Origin: an uncultured delta proteobacterium
Lineage (GTDB): Bacteria; Myxococcota_A; Polyangia; Fen-1088
Reading direction: 5' to 3'
DNA length: 64,000 nt
NCBI GenBank assembly: GCA_963737265.1
Contig: CAVTRY010000011.1
Span: forward strand, 768,001 to 832,000
The translations under genes and the position numbers were made by a program. The first letter of the stretch is position 1, and the number at the start of each line of letters is the position of its first letter. Below, in pieces: positions 11,792 to 24,131 of this stretch. Under the pieces are notes generated by a model that saw only the letters and a list, made by a program, of their open reading frames with translations, was not told the DNA's origin and ran no database searches.

Positions 11792-12318
11792 GCGATTCAG
11801 AGACCGCTGCGACTACCGACGGTTGCGCGATTTTGGAAACAGCAATTCTCGTTCGGGCCGGGCGCACGCGAGCCATGCCGGCCCTGTCCGTTCTTTGCCA
11901 GGAAGGCCAAGTCACCGACCTCTGTTTCGTCGTGACGGCGGGAAATGTCGAAATCGCAAAGACCATCGCGGGAAGAAGCCGCGCCCTCTCGACCTTGGGA
12001 CCGGGAAGTATTCTGGCCCTCATGGCCGCTCTCGACGGCGCGCCTTGTTCGGTGTCGATGCGAACCCTGGCCGACGCCACCGTGGTCGAGATTACGCGCG
12101 ACTGTTTGCTTGGCCTGCTCGACGTCGACCAAAATTCCAATCCAGCCGCAGTGCACCAGCTAGCCCTGCTCGGCATTCGCCATCTGCGCGGCGCCACCGA
12201 CGATCTAGCGCGCGCCCTTTGCCATGCGCTGGGCTCGTCCGGGCAAGAAGGTCACTTCGATCCCTTGGAGCTGGCGAGGGTGCAGACAAGAACGAACGCC
12301 TGGGTCGCGGCCGGCTAG
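11788..12318 (+). CDS. cyclic nucleotide-binding domain protein (degenerate)
   Basis: [33 protein letters not shown]; TTG start overlaps the upstream stop. Confidence 0.7.
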   Translation: MSDSETAATTDGCAILETAILVRAGRTRAMPALSVLCQEGQVTDLCFVVTAGNVEIAKTIAGRSRALSTLGPGSILALMAALDGAPCSVSMRTLADATVVEITRDCLLGLLDVDQNSNPAAVHQLALLGIRHLRGATDDLARALCHALGSSGQEGHFDPLELARVQTRTNAWVAAG

Positions 12319-12467
12319 CATCGAGGTGTCGGCCGGCCCAGGGCCCTGGCACAGGCATGGAAGCGGCAGACAATGCCGCCCCAATGCCGACAATGGCGGC
12401 TAGGAATTCCCGCGCCCGCGTGCTAGCAAACTTCGCGCTAGAGAAGCTTGCCCAGGAGTACCGAGCA

Positions 12468-14473
<2,006 letters not shown>

Positions 14474-14477
<4 letters not shown>

Positions 14478-15025
14478 TCTGCCGACTGCTTCAGGTTTTG
14501 TGTGTCTTGGCGTTCGCCGCGACCTGCGTGCCCACGTCGCGCGCAGGCGAAACCCAGCAACCGCCCACCGTGTTCGACGGAGCCTACCAGGGGCTGCTGG
14601 TCGGGGGTACCGCGGGCCTGGCGACGGGCTATTTGTTCGCCAGACGTAGTTCGACCGAGTGGAAGCCCCTGGTCTACGGCGTGGGCATTGGCGCTCTTGC
14701 CGGCGCCAGCGTCGGGCTCACCTTGGGAATCGTCGATATGGCGCAGAGACGGCCGGGACGGAATGGCTATGTCATGCGCGACGGCCTCTACGGCGCGGGC
14801 CTGGGCGCGGTGCTGGGCGGGATCGCCGGCGGCCTGGCCGCCTTGTCGTCGAAAAAAGGCGAGCACATTCTGCTTGGCGGCTCCATCGGAATCCTGTCGG
14901 GCACTTGCCTCGGCATGGGCGTCGGCGCCGTCGAGGGCTATCGTCGATACTCGGCGTCCGTCGCGACGGTGGAGCAGGCCGGAGGCGGCATCGCCTTCCT
15001 GCCGGCGTTCGCCGCGCGCTTCTAG
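14474..15025 (+). CDS. hypothetical exported/membrane protein with glycine-zipper helices
   Basis: Signal-like N-terminus, GxxxG-rich hydrophobic segments, ATGA overlap with tkt. Confidence 0.65.
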
Positions 15026-15906
15026 AGCGTCTTTCGTCTGACTTCGACGAACTTGCCGGTCGCTTCGTCGTGGGCGTAGGTCGCGACGGCGATGGCCCTG
15101 CCTTCGAGCTCGAAGATATGGTAGCGCGAACGCCGATCGGCCCCGCCGTTGTACGAGGCCGAGCCGGCGCCGACGACCGGAATGGCCGTGCCGCCAGGTC
15201 CGGGCAATTGGGCGAAGAAATCGCGGTGGTCGTGACCGTGCAGAATGAGATCCACACCCGTGCGCGCGAGCAATGCCTGCAATTCCTGGCGATCGCGCAG
15301 ATTGCGATCTTCGCCAGGCCGGTGCACGAGCGGCGGGTGGTGAATGAGGAGCACGCGCCGGCGGCCCTTGACCTCCGGTGCCTCGAGAAGCGATTCCAAA
15401 CGGGCGAGCTGAGCTGCGCCGAGCTTTCCCCACGCACCCAAATCCCCGGTGGGCACGGCCGTGCTCACGCACAACAAAGCGACCTCGCCGCGCAGACGCA
15501 CGAAGGGATACACGGCCTGGTCCACGCGCATCTGCGCCGTCTGATAGGCCGCAAACATGCGTTCGAAGACTCCGGCGGCGACGACCTTGGGAACGTAGGC
15601 ATCGTGGTTGCCTGGAATCACGGTGACTTGTTCCGACGAAAGTTGCGAGCCGTCGATCCAACGCAGGGCCGCCGACCATTCGGATTCGAGGGCGATATTG
15701 CACAGGTCGCCGGTGAGCGCCAGATGGTCCACGCTTCGCCCGCGCAGATCTTCTAGCAGCGATTGCAACAGCGCCATGCTGTGTTTGTGCCTGCGGCGCA
15801 GTAGCAGGTTCAGCCCGCCGATGGCGCGCTTGCCGAGCAGGTCGCGCAGCTTGACGTCACGGAAGCTCTGAAAATGCGGGTCGCTAACCTGGGCCAGGCG
15901 GAACAT
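15022..15906 (-). CDS. metallophosphoesterase (calcineurin-like, CpdA/Icc type)
   Basis: SDPH, TGD, PGNHD, HHPP and HGHDH motifs. Confidence 0.88.
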   Translation of the reverse strand: MFRLAQVSDPHFQSFRDVKLRDLLGKRAIGGLNLLLRRRHKHSMALLQSLLEDLRGRSVDHLALTGDLCNIALESEWSAALRWIDGSQLSSEQVTVIPGNHDAYVPKVVAAGVFERMFAAYQTAQMRVDQAVYPFVRLRGEVALLCVSTAVPTGDLGAWGKLGAAQLARLESLLEAPEVKGRRRVLLIHHPPLVHRPGEDRNLRDRQELQALLARTGVDLILHGHDHRDFFAQLPGPGGTAIPVVGAGSASYNGGADRRSRYHIFELEGRAIAVATYAHDEATGKFVEVRRKTL

Positions 15907-16715
15907 CAGGTGGCCTCGACTTGGATATCCGCCAGCAGGCCGAAGTGATCGGACGCGTACACCCGGTCGGCGCCGGGCTGCTCGAACACGATGCGGCAAG
16001 AATGAATCGTCCCTCGTCCGTCGCCGCGCATGGGAGTCACGAAGATGTAGTCGAGTCGACGATCCGGCTCAAGGAAGGCGAGCTTCGCCGTGTAGGGATT
16101 GGCGCGCGCCCATGTCCAGCCCATCTCGCCCGGGTGCAAGCGATCCCACGCATCCTGAAAATAGGTACGCCGACCGCCGACAGTCACCATCCCTCGCAAC
16201 CAGCGGATCTCGTCCGACTCCGGCCGCGCGTTGAAGTCGCCCATGAGGATGTGCGGCGCAGCGGTGGCCCGCCCGGCGACGCTCGCATCGATCGCTTGAA
16301 CCTGATCCTCGCGCTGCTTGCCATGCGCCAGGCGGAAGTTGAGGTGGGTGGTGTGAATCCAAACCCCGCCCTGCCCGCTCTGGATGCGCGCCGATAGCAG
16401 GAATCGCCGTTCCTTGGGCTCAGCATGCGGCAATTCCACGGCGGCACTTTCAACGATTGGGTCGCGGCTGAGCAGCGCCAAACCCTCCAGACCGCCGCCG
16501 ATGGGCGTGGCGGGCGCGAATACGTGATGGTAACCAGCCGCCCGGGCCAGCGTCTCGGCCTGATTCGGCAGCGACGAAGGCACTTCGCGCACCTCTTGCA
16601 GCGCCACCACGTCGGGGGCGAGCTCGGCAAGCCCGCCTAGGACCATTGCCATGCGCTGCTCGAGTGGTGGCTCCGAACCCCATAGATTGAGCGTGAGACA
16701 GCGAAGAATTCTCAC
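15906..16715 (-). CDS. endonuclease/exonuclease/phosphatase (EEP) family protein
   Basis: TLNLW, ALQEV, THL, GDFNA, RLDYIF and SDHFG motifs. Confidence 0.88.
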   Translation of the reverse strand: MRILRCLTLNLWGSEPPLEQRMAMVLGGLAELAPDVVALQEVREVPSSLPNQAETLARAAGYHHVFAPATPIGGGLEGLALLSRDPIVESAAVELPHAEPKERRFLLSARIQSGQGGVWIHTTHLNFRLAHGKQREDQVQAIDASVAGRATAAPHILMGDFNARPESDEIRWLRGMVTVGGRRTYFQDAWDRLHPGEMGWTWARANPYTAKLAFLEPDRRLDYIFVTPMRGDGRGTIHSCRIVFEQPGADRVYASDHFGLLADIQVEAT

Positions 16716-16727
16716 GACGCGAGATCC

Positions 16728-17096
16728 CTACGCAGCCTCGCCGCGATAGGTACAGCACGAGTCGGCGGTTTCCCACACCGTCACCGCCGAGAGATACGAA
16801 ATCTTCCGGGCCACGGCCTCCCAGATGTAGGCGCACAGGTTTTCGCAGGTCGGATTGTCCAGCCCGTGCACGTCGTTCAGTGTGTGGTGGTCGAATTGCC
16901 GAAACAGCTCGGCCCAGGCGTCGTCGATCACGGAGAAGTCAACGACCCATCCCGAAGCCGGGCTGACCGGCCCGCGCAGAGCGATCTCGACGCGATAGCT
17001 GTGGCCGTGCATGCGCGAGCACTTGTGCCCCACCGACACCTGCGGCAAGTGGTGGGCGGCTTCAAACAAAAAGATCTTCTTGAGCTCGACCGTCAA
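16728..17096 (-). CDS. queD: 6-carboxy-5,6,7,8-tetrahydropterin synthase
   Basis: FEAAHHLP, KCSRMHGHSY, FDHHTLN, NPTCEN and VWET motifs. Confidence 0.92.
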   Translation of the reverse strand: MTVELKKIFLFEAAHHLPQVSVGHKCSRMHGHSYRVEIALRGPVSPASGWVVDFSVIDDAWAELFRQFDHHTLNDVHGLDNPTCENLCAYIWEAVARKISYLSAVTVWETADSCCTYRGEAA

Positions 17097-17129
17097 AGCG
17101 ACGGGAGTCTAGCACGGGCTTGGCACGGG

Positions 17130-17798
17130 CTAGCAACCTGCGTAGCGCTTGAGTGCATCCAGATGAACCAGCCTGCCCTCAGGCAGGATCAGCGCCGTCA
17201 ATTGCCTTCCGTACACACACCCGGTGTCGAGGCCGGTCGCCAGCGGATACTGCTGCAAACCTCGGACGGCGTCGTGGCCAAATATGACGTGCTCTGGACC
17301 CCGCCAGCGCGCGGCCCACGGACTGCGAAGCAGAAGGCGGCTGGTTGGCTCGCCGCCGTCCGGGATGCTGCGCAGACTGAGCAGGTGCTCCCGTTTCTGA
17401 CTCTCGACGGCCACGCCGGGCACCAAACCCGCGTGCACGACCACGAGCTCGGGCCCATCGACGCTCGCCGGACCCAGCCGCAGGAACAAAGGCAGCGCCT
17501 CGAGATACGCCCAGTCCTCCGCGCGCAGACTGCGCAGGTAGGCCCGGCGGTTGCGCGGCCCAGTGCGTCTGTCCGCCTCGCGCTGGTGCGCGAGCGCAAA
17601 AGCGTCGTGATTGCCAAGAACGGCCAGGGCGCCGTTTTCGCGGGCGAACTGCACAGCGCCCTGGGAATCAGGCCCCTTGGCCACCAGATCCCCCGCAAGC
17701 ACCAAACGGTCGCCTTGGCTATGGCCACACTTGCGCAGCAGGAGCCGCAGCTCCTCGGCGCAACCATGAACATCACCCACAACGATGGTTCTTTGCAT
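17130..17798 (-). CDS. metallophosphoesterase (PPP/ApaH-like)
   Basis: GDVHGC, GDLVAKGP, GNHD, HAG, FGH and LDTGCVYG motifs. Confidence 0.88.
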   Translation of the reverse strand: MQRTIVVGDVHGCAEELRLLLRKCGHSQGDRLVLAGDLVAKGPDSQGAVQFARENGALAVLGNHDAFALAHQREADRRTGPRNRRAYLRSLRAEDWAYLEALPLFLRLGPASVDGPELVVVHAGLVPGVAVESQKREHLLSLRSIPDGGEPTSRLLLRSPWAARWRGPEHVIFGHDAVRGLQQYPLATGLDTGCVYGRQLTALILPEGRLVHLDALKRYAGC

Positions 17799-17904
17799 GG
17801 GCCAAGGGTCATGATAGCAGCCTGTGCCAAGGCCCGCGCCTTTCGCCGAGCAAAAAGCGGGCGCAACCATCGACTTCCGCACTAAGATCGCTCAGATTCT
17901 GGGT

Positions 17905-18855
17905 GTGAGAGAACTTGTCGACACCCGTTCGCGTAGGCTGCGCGTTCTCGGGCAAACGGCTGCCGCGGCGGAAGACAAAGAGCGGCCTCACCATCCCCCG
18001 TGGATTCGGGCGCGCCTGCCGTCCGGTCAGGTCTACTTCGACTTGCGCCAGCGCGTGCACGCCCTCGGTTTGCACACGGTGTGCGAAAGCGCGTCCTGCC
18101 CCAACGTGGGCGAGTGCTGGAGCGCCAAGTCGCTTACCATCATGATTCTCGGTGCTCTGTGCACGCGGTCGTGCAAGTTCTGCGACGTTCCCACCGGCAA
18201 GCCCCTGCCGCCCGATCCCGACGAGCCGGCTCGCGTAGCCACCATGCTTGCAGAGCTCGGCCTAGCGCACGCCGTGATCACCTGCGTAACCCGCGACGAT
18301 CTGGCCGACGGGGGCGCCGCCCATTGGGCCGCCACCATTCGCGCCGTCAAGGAGCGTTGCCCCGACATGGTGCTCGAGGTATTGACCAGCGATTTCAAGG
18401 GCGACACCGGTGCTGTCGACGTGGTGCTGGACGCCGGCCCGGACGTCTTCGCCCACAACTTGGAAACCGTGCCGCGACTCGCGCGACAGGTGCGCGTGCA
18501 GGCCAGCGACGAACGCTCGTTGGCGGTCCTTACCCACGCGAACAAGCGCGGCGCGCTCACCAAGAGCGGGCTGATGCTCGGGCTCGGCGAGACTCTCGAC
18601 GAAGCGCGCGCGGTGATGCGAGAGCTGAGCGCGGCGGGCGTGGCCATTTTGACCCTGGGCCAGTACCTGCGGCCGTCCCGCCAACACCTGCCTGTCGAGC
18701 GCCATGTCACGCCCGACGAATTCCAGCAGCTCAAGGAAGAAGGCCTCGCCATGGGATTCTCCCACGTCGAATCGGGGCCGCTCGTGCGCTCCAGCTACCA
18801 TGCCTCGAACCAGCACGACCTGGTTCGCCAACGCAAGGCGCTCGCGGCCAAGTAA
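17905..18855 (+). CDS. lipA: lipoyl synthase
   Basis: CESASCPNVGEC, CTRSCKFC and RSSYHA motifs; start approximate. Confidence 0.95.
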   Translation: MRELVDTRSRRLRVLGQTAAAAEDKERPHHPPWIRARLPSGQVYFDLRQRVHALGLHTVCESASCPNVGECWSAKSLTIMILGALCTRSCKFCDVPTGKPLPPDPDEPARVATMLAELGLAHAVITCVTRDDLADGGAAHWAATIRAVKERCPDMVLEVLTSDFKGDTGAVDVVLDAGPDVFAHNLETVPRLARQVRVQASDERSLAVLTHANKRGALTKSGLMLGLGETLDEARAVMRELSAAGVAILTLGQYLRPSRQHLPVERHVTPDEFQQLKEEGLAMGFSHVESGPLVRSSYHASNQHDLVRQRKALAAK

Positions 18856-18863
18856 AACCGCCG

Positions 18864-20138
18864 CTAGCCCAAATCGGCCTCGGCGCGAGCGATTTGATCT
18901 TCCAGGCGACGCTCTTCGGCCGCAAGGTCGCTGCGGCCAAGGAAGGCGGTGTAGCTCATGAACGCGGTCAAATACGACAGATCCTTCGCCCAGGCAGGCA
19001 GGTAGACTGGCTCGCTCACCACGCCCTCGCGCGCCAGCCGGTCGAACAGCGGCGTGTCGTCGACCCCTAGTTTGCCGACGAAGAGAAGTCTGACGAGCTG
19101 GCTCTGGCCCTTGACCAAGGCGATGCGCAGAAAGTTCGTCACGCGCAAGAGTCCATCGAGATAACAGCCATCCTTGGTGAACGGCGCACCACCCTCGACC
19201 AGGCCGCCGCGCATGACCCGGCGAGCGCAGTCGAACGACATGTGCGGGTCGTTTCCGCGCTCGCAAAAGAAGCGATACAGATCGACGAAGCTCGCGCCCC
19301 CCTCGGCCATGTGAATGGCCAAAGTTCGATCGCACAGTCGCCGAACGCGCGAAAGGCTGGTTGAGCCCGTGATGAATTCCGTGAACACTGCCAAGCCTTC
19401 CTGGGTGCGCGTGGTGCGTGGCGAAGGCATACCGATGAAGGGAACCACGGGCTGGGCACGGCCATTCAGCGTGGTCGCCATGTGGACCTGTCCCTCGTGA
19501 AATTCAATCTGGCGCAGGTCGCGCTGGGAAAAGCGAGCATTGCGCTTGAGCCGAATCTCCGCGGCGGTGCTCGACGCGGTGGCGGCCAGGTGGTCCACGA
19601 TCTTCACCTTCACCGGATGATCGGTGAAGAATGCGGCAAATCGCCCGCGCAGAAAATCGGCGGCTTCCTCGGCGCCGAGCGTGGGCTGGTCGACGTCGGA
19701 CAAGGGCGGCGAAAAGCCGGCGACAACCTGTTCGAAATGCCGAGCAAGATCGAGGTTCGTCGTGTGGCGATCCGAGGAAAGGCTCGCCGGCTTGCCGTAC
19801 AGCTCGACGGAGTTGTGGTAAAAATCTCTGGTGCCGATGGCAAGCAGCATGCGCGCGGCTGTCGCCATGGCGACGCAGGTTTCTCGCAAAAAACGCTCGA
19901 TTTCGTTCTCGCCGTCGAGACGGCGGACCAAGTCCTGGAACGTGGCAAGGGCGTCCGCCACACCCGGGGGGATGTTGTAGCTCGCCCGTGGCAAGCCCCT
20001 CGCACCGCGCGCGAAAAACTCCTGCTCGACCTCGTCGGGCCACGCCAAGGCGCGGAGCACGCGCAGTGGCTTCTGCGCCGCCAGGATCTCGGCCGAGCCA
20101 TCGCGCAGCAGGTTCACCAACCGCTGTGAAATCCCCAT
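18864..20138 (-). CDS. QEGLA-motif (DUF1704) putative metallo-carboxypeptidase
   Basis: HEGQVH zinc motif, QEGLA, FTKDGCYLDG. Confidence 0.85.
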   Translation of the reverse strand: MGISQRLVNLLRDGSAEILAAQKPLRVLRALAWPDEVEQEFFARGARGLPRASYNIPPGVADALATFQDLVRRLDGENEIERFLRETCVAMATAARMLLAIGTRDFYHNSVELYGKPASLSSDRHTTNLDLARHFEQVVAGFSPPLSDVDQPTLGAEEAADFLRGRFAAFFTDHPVKVKIVDHLAATASSTAAEIRLKRNARFSQRDLRQIEFHEGQVHMATTLNGRAQPVVPFIGMPSPRTTRTQEGLAVFTEFITGSTSLSRVRRLCDRTLAIHMAEGGASFVDLYRFFCERGNDPHMSFDCARRVMRGGLVEGGAPFTKDGCYLDGLLRVTNFLRIALVKGQSQLVRLLFVGKLGVDDTPLFDRLAREGVVSEPVYLPAWAKDLSYLTAFMSYTAFLGRSDLAAEERRLEDQIARAEADLG

Positions 20139-20158
20139 GCGGCTCCTTATCGACGAGA

Positions 20159-21067
20159 TTAGCCGCCGCCGACCCGGCGCCCGGCCGGAACCGAGTAGGT
20201 GATCCACGCGTTTGCACCGACCACGGCACCCTTGCCTATCACCGTGTCGCCGCCCAAGATTGTGGCGTTGGCGTAGATCACGACCTCATCCTCGATGGTC
20301 GGGTGACGTTGCGGCACCACGGGCTTGCCCGACTTCTCGCCGGACGCGACCTTACTGCGTTTGATCGAAAGCGCGCCCAGGGTCACGCCTTGGTAGATGC
20401 GCACGAAATTTCCGATACGGGTCGTCTCGCCGACCACAATCCCGGTGCCGTGATCGATAAAGAAGGGTGAGCCGATGGTGGCGCCGGGGTGGATGTCGAT
20501 GCCAGTGCGGGCGTGCGCGTATTCGGTCATCATGCGTGGGACGAGCTCTCCGCCTTCGCGCAAGATGCGATTGGCCGCACGGTAGATTGCGATGGCGTAG
20601 AGTCCCGGATAGCAGGCGATGACCTCGTCGGGCCCCGTGGCGGCGGGGTCCGCCTCGCACGCGATCTGAACGTCGAGGGCCAGCGCCGCGCGCAGCTCGG
20701 GCAGCGTGGCAAGCGTCCGGCCAACGATTGCTCGCGCCTTGCGCTTGCAAGCGTCCCTGCCCTTTCCGTTCGCCTCGCAGCGCCGATGCCCGACGAGGTA
20801 GAGCGCGTCCTCCAGCCGGGGTTCCAAGTCGGCCAAGACCTCGGCCAGTCGATCGCGAGCTTCTTCGTGAGAAGAGTCTTCGGCCAGTCGCGTCCGCCGC
20901 GTGCCCGGAAGAATGACGGACAGGACGTCGTTGACGATGGCCGCGATCTCATCCTGCGAAGGCAGCGCCCCGACCAATACGGATTCGCCGGCCTTCTGGC
21001 CCATGCGCAGGACACGCTCTGCAAGCGCGCGATGGGAGGTCGTGGTCAGCGAGGAATTCGTCGTCAT
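20159..21067 (-). CDS. cysE: serine O-acetyltransferase (CysE/EpsC type)
   Basis: DPAA, TGIDIHPGATIG, FIDHGTG, YQGVTLGA and RHPTIED motifs. Confidence 0.9.
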   Translation of the reverse strand: MTTNSSLTTTSHRALAERVLRMGQKAGESVLVGALPSQDEIAAIVNDVLSVILPGTRRTRLAEDSSHEEARDRLAEVLADLEPRLEDALYLVGHRRCEANGKGRDACKRKARAIVGRTLATLPELRAALALDVQIACEADPAATGPDEVIACYPGLYAIAIYRAANRILREGGELVPRMMTEYAHARTGIDIHPGATIGSPFFIDHGTGIVVGETTRIGNFVRIYQGVTLGALSIKRSKVASGEKSGKPVVPQRHPTIEDEVVIYANATILGGDTVIGKGAVVGANAWITYSVPAGRRVGGG

Positions 21068-21121
21068 TCGTGCAATCTAACTCCATTTCAGCCTCGCATC
21101 CGACAGGAATTGCGCCGCGGA

Positions 21122-21709
21122 TCAGCCGTTCTCCGCCGATCGCCGCAGCAGAATCACGATTGCCCCCTCGCCTCCATGCGCCGGCGAAGCCGACGAGAAT
21201 GCCAGAACCCGAGCCAGCAGCGGCGGCCGACCGAGCGAGTCGATCACGACCTCACGAAGCACGGGACCTGCGGGGCCTGAATGCAGGCCGCGGCCGAAAA
21301 CCACCAGAACCGCGCGCCACCGGGCCACGGCCGCTTCTTCCACAAACTGCCGAACTCTCCGCCGGGCCGCCTCGGCGTGAAGACCATGCAGATCGCAACT
21401 TGCCTCGGGACGAAGGTCGCCCCGACCGAGCGCACGCAAAGTCAGACGGGACACGCCAAAGCTCGCTCCGGTCACGCGCCCATCCTGCCGATTCACAACC
21501 AGACGCTGATCCAAAACGGACTTCTGCTGTGCTTTGCCCAAAGGCGCAGGAGATGTCGGGGCGAGATTGTCGAAGGTCGGCACGATTCGATCCGAGCCCC
21601 GGTGCAGAGGTCGGACATCGGCGAACTCCCGCTCGAACAGCAGCCGATCTTCGTCGCTCAGACCTGACGAAGCGGGCGCTATCTTGGATGGCGGTTTGCG
21701 CGCGGACAC
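21122..21709 (-). CDS. Smr domain protein
   Basis: CDLHGL, GRGLHS and HGGEGA motifs. Confidence 0.85.
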   Translation of the reverse strand: MSARKPPSKIAPASSGLSDEDRLLFEREFADVRPLHRGSDRIVPTFDNLAPTSPAPLGKAQQKSVLDQRLVVNRQDGRVTGASFGVSRLTLRALGRGDLRPEASCDLHGLHAEAARRRVRQFVEEAAVARWRAVLVVFGRGLHSGPAGPVLREVVIDSLGRPPLLARVLAFSSASPAHGGEGAIVILLRRSAENG

Positions 21710-21755
21710 GATTGGGGCTCTCCGCGCCCAATCTTACCGCTTGGCTCGTCGCTGG

Positions 21756-24128
21756 CTACTTGCTTGCGCGCGCCGCCGGGCCACGCTCGTCGAGGTAGAA
21801 CAGAACCCACGCCAGCGGCGCGTTCCAATTGATGGTGATTTCGTTGGTTGCCCAGGATTCGATGTTGTCGGCGAAACACTTGTCCGGCGCGCAATCAAAC
21901 ATGTTGGCCGCCTTGACGTACGGATCTTGCAGCCCCGAATTGGGGCCGCCCGAAACCGCGCCGGGCGGCGCGTGCGGAAACCTGTTGTTCGACTGATACG
22001 CCCAGAAGCGATGGTGCGGATTCACCAGCGGCCGCGAGCCCCAGCCGGTCACGTAGGATTGATCCATGGCGTTGCGGCCGAGGATGTAGTCCATGCCCGC
22101 GACCACCGCATTCAGGTACTTGCGCGAATCCGTGAAATCCCCGGCCAACCCCAAGACGACCAGATTGTTGAGCAGGAACGAGTTCGACCCCCAAGGCGAC
22201 TTGTTGCTCTTGCCCCAGTCGATGGGGACGCGAAAACCGCGCTGCTTTAGAATCGCCATGTACGCGTCCGCCGCGCCGATCACGGCGCCGCGCGCGGTCT
22301 TGAGCTCGCCGGCCGGCAAGGCGCCAGGCGCGATCGAAAGCGATATGGTCCCGAGCGCCGCCACCTCCTGCCACGTCATGCTCGACGGAATGCCCTGCCC
22401 CTCGCCCTGGCCCAAGTGAACCGGAACTTTCAGAAACGACGGCGACGAGGTGAGGTACTGGCGGTACTCCGGCCGCTTCGTCGTGATGAAAAGCTCGGCC
22501 GCCGCCCAGTAGAACTCGTCCTCGACGTGGTTGTCTTCGTAAGGACCACCACCGACGCCGCCGGGCTTGGCGAAGATCGCTGGATTGCGGGCCGCGGCGG
22601 CCCAAGCCTTTCCGGCGGCCGTCACGCAACGTGCGGCGAAAGCGGGATCGATGGTCTTCCAGATCCGCCCGGCCTGCGCGGCGACCGCGGCCAGATTCAG
22701 TGTCGCCGCAGTCGACACCGGGTAGAGGAAACGCGGCATCGGATCTTCGTGCGGCGCCAGTCCGAGCGCGGTCCATTCTTTGTCGTGAACCTTGTGGTGC
22801 ACCATACCCGCCTTGGGCTGGCCGTCGGGCACCTGCATCTTGAGCAAAAACTCCAACTCCCAGCGGACCTCGTCGAGCAAATCGGCGACGCCGTTGTGCT
22901 GTTCGGGGATGCTGAGGGTTCGGTCGGCAAACGCCTTAGTCGATTTGCCTATGAACGTGCTTCGCTCGTAGAGGTTGAGCAGGGTCCACACCGAAATGCC
23001 GCCGTTCACGACGTACTTGCCGTGATCGCCGGCGTCGTACCAGCCACCGGCAACGTCCAGACGGTAGGCGCAGCCTGACCCCTGTGCGCACGGCACGCTC
23101 TTGTCGGACAAGTGACCGGCCGGCCGCGTCCACTGAGCACCACCGGCATAGGGCATGGTGATGTCGATGCCCGATCGGTTGTGATAGTAGTACGCAAGGG
23201 CGTCGTACTTCATCTTGTGATAGATGTCGTTGCCGATCTCGAAGGGCCGGCTGCGGTCGTCGCCCACGGTCAGCACGAAGCCGCGCCCGGCGCCTTTGAA
23301 GGCAGAAAAGTCGATGATGTGAACACGTTCGCCTGACGGTTCGTCGAGGCCGGCGGGCTGGGTCTTGCCGTAGGCCGCCTCGTGGCCGTCGCCGCCCATC
23401 AATTTCCAGTCGAGCTGCTGAGGCGCCGCCGACTTCAGCGTCGCGATCTTGGCCAGGTTCGGATAGTAGCCGACCTGATTGACGAGAATATTGACGGTAT
23501 TGTCGGCCTTCTGTTTGGCCGGACGGGTGAACTGTTGGTCTTCCAGTCGGACGTTGTCGATACAGATCGTCAGCGGCGAGTGCGTTCCGTCGGCCAACCG
23601 TCCGCCCATGTGAAAGGCGAACTCGGCACCCGGATCGTCCCCGCTGCTCTTCCTGAACCTGCCCGTGAAACGCCGCGGGGTCTGGTCGAGCTTGATTTCC
23701 TCAAACCAGTATTCGGCATAGGGCGGGCCTTGCATGCCGACCTTGGGGCGAATGCTCGTGGGCTGCGTGGCGAAGGCGCGAAAGCTGATGGTGTAGCGAT
23801 GGCCGCCCTGGATCACCATCTCGCGATGGCGAACCTGGGCGTCCCAGTTGTTGTAGCCGCGATTGTCGATGCGTAAGCACAGGGCGCCGTCGACCACTCC
23901 CACCTCGCCGTTGGCGGGGGAAGTGAACGACGACGTCCACGGCAGGCTGGTTCCGTCTTCAAAGGTCGCGTTCGCGATCAGGTTGTGCGGCGAGATAGCG
24001 ATGTCGCCAGGAACCGCGGCCGATTCGGCCGAGTCGCCTGCGCTCGACCGTTCATCTCGCCTGGTCTCGCCAATCGGGACGCAGGCTGCAATCCCGAAAA
24101 CACAAGGAAGCAGCCTGACTATCCGCAT
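21756..24128 (-). CDS. GH9 cellulase with CBM4/9 and Ig-like domains, probable lipoprotein
   Basis: Lipobox IAAC; NLIANATFE CBM; NQVGY Ig-like; GGWYDAGDHGKY, NPHHR and NEITINWNA GH9 motifs. Confidence 0.93.
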   Translation of the reverse strand: MRIVRLLPCVFGIAACVPIGETRRDERSSAGDSAESAAVPGDIAISPHNLIANATFEDGTSLPWTSSFTSPANGEVGVVDGALCLRIDNRGYNNWDAQVRHREMVIQGGHRYTISFRAFATQPTSIRPKVGMQGPPYAEYWFEEIKLDQTPRRFTGRFRKSSGDDPGAEFAFHMGGRLADGTHSPLTICIDNVRLEDQQFTRPAKQKADNTVNILVNQVGYYPNLAKIATLKSAAPQQLDWKLMGGDGHEAAYGKTQPAGLDEPSGERVHIIDFSAFKGAGRGFVLTVGDDRSRPFEIGNDIYHKMKYDALAYYYHNRSGIDITMPYAGGAQWTRPAGHLSDKSVPCAQGSGCAYRLDVAGGWYDAGDHGKYVVNGGISVWTLLNLYERSTFIGKSTKAFADRTLSIPEQHNGVADLLDEVRWELEFLLKMQVPDGQPKAGMVHHKVHDKEWTALGLAPHEDPMPRFLYPVSTAATLNLAAVAAQAGRIWKTIDPAFAARCVTAAGKAWAAAARNPAIFAKPGGVGGGPYEDNHVEDEFYWAAAELFITTKRPEYRQYLTSSPSFLKVPVHLGQGEGQGIPSSMTWQEVAALGTISLSIAPGALPAGELKTARGAVIGAADAYMAILKQRGFRVPIDWGKSNKSPWGSNSFLLNNLVVLGLAGDFTDSRKYLNAVVAGMDYILGRNAMDQSYVTGWGSRPLVNPHHRFWAYQSNNRFPHAPPGAVSGGPNSGLQDPYVKAANMFDCAPDKCFADNIESWATNEITINWNAPLAWVLFYLDERGPAARASK

Positions 24129-24131
24129 CGA

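Noticed and set aside
17111-17135. Sigma-54 promoter-like TGGCAC sites (also near 12347 and 17825)
   Set aside because: The GG-to-GC spacing is not the required 10 bp, or the -12 TGC is missing.
15022-17798. Phosphoesterase/EEP/queD cluster as a 7-deazaguanine DNA-modification or defence system
   Set aside because: No dpdA/tgt, queC/queE or nuclease-helicase partners; it reads as a housekeeping neighbourhood.
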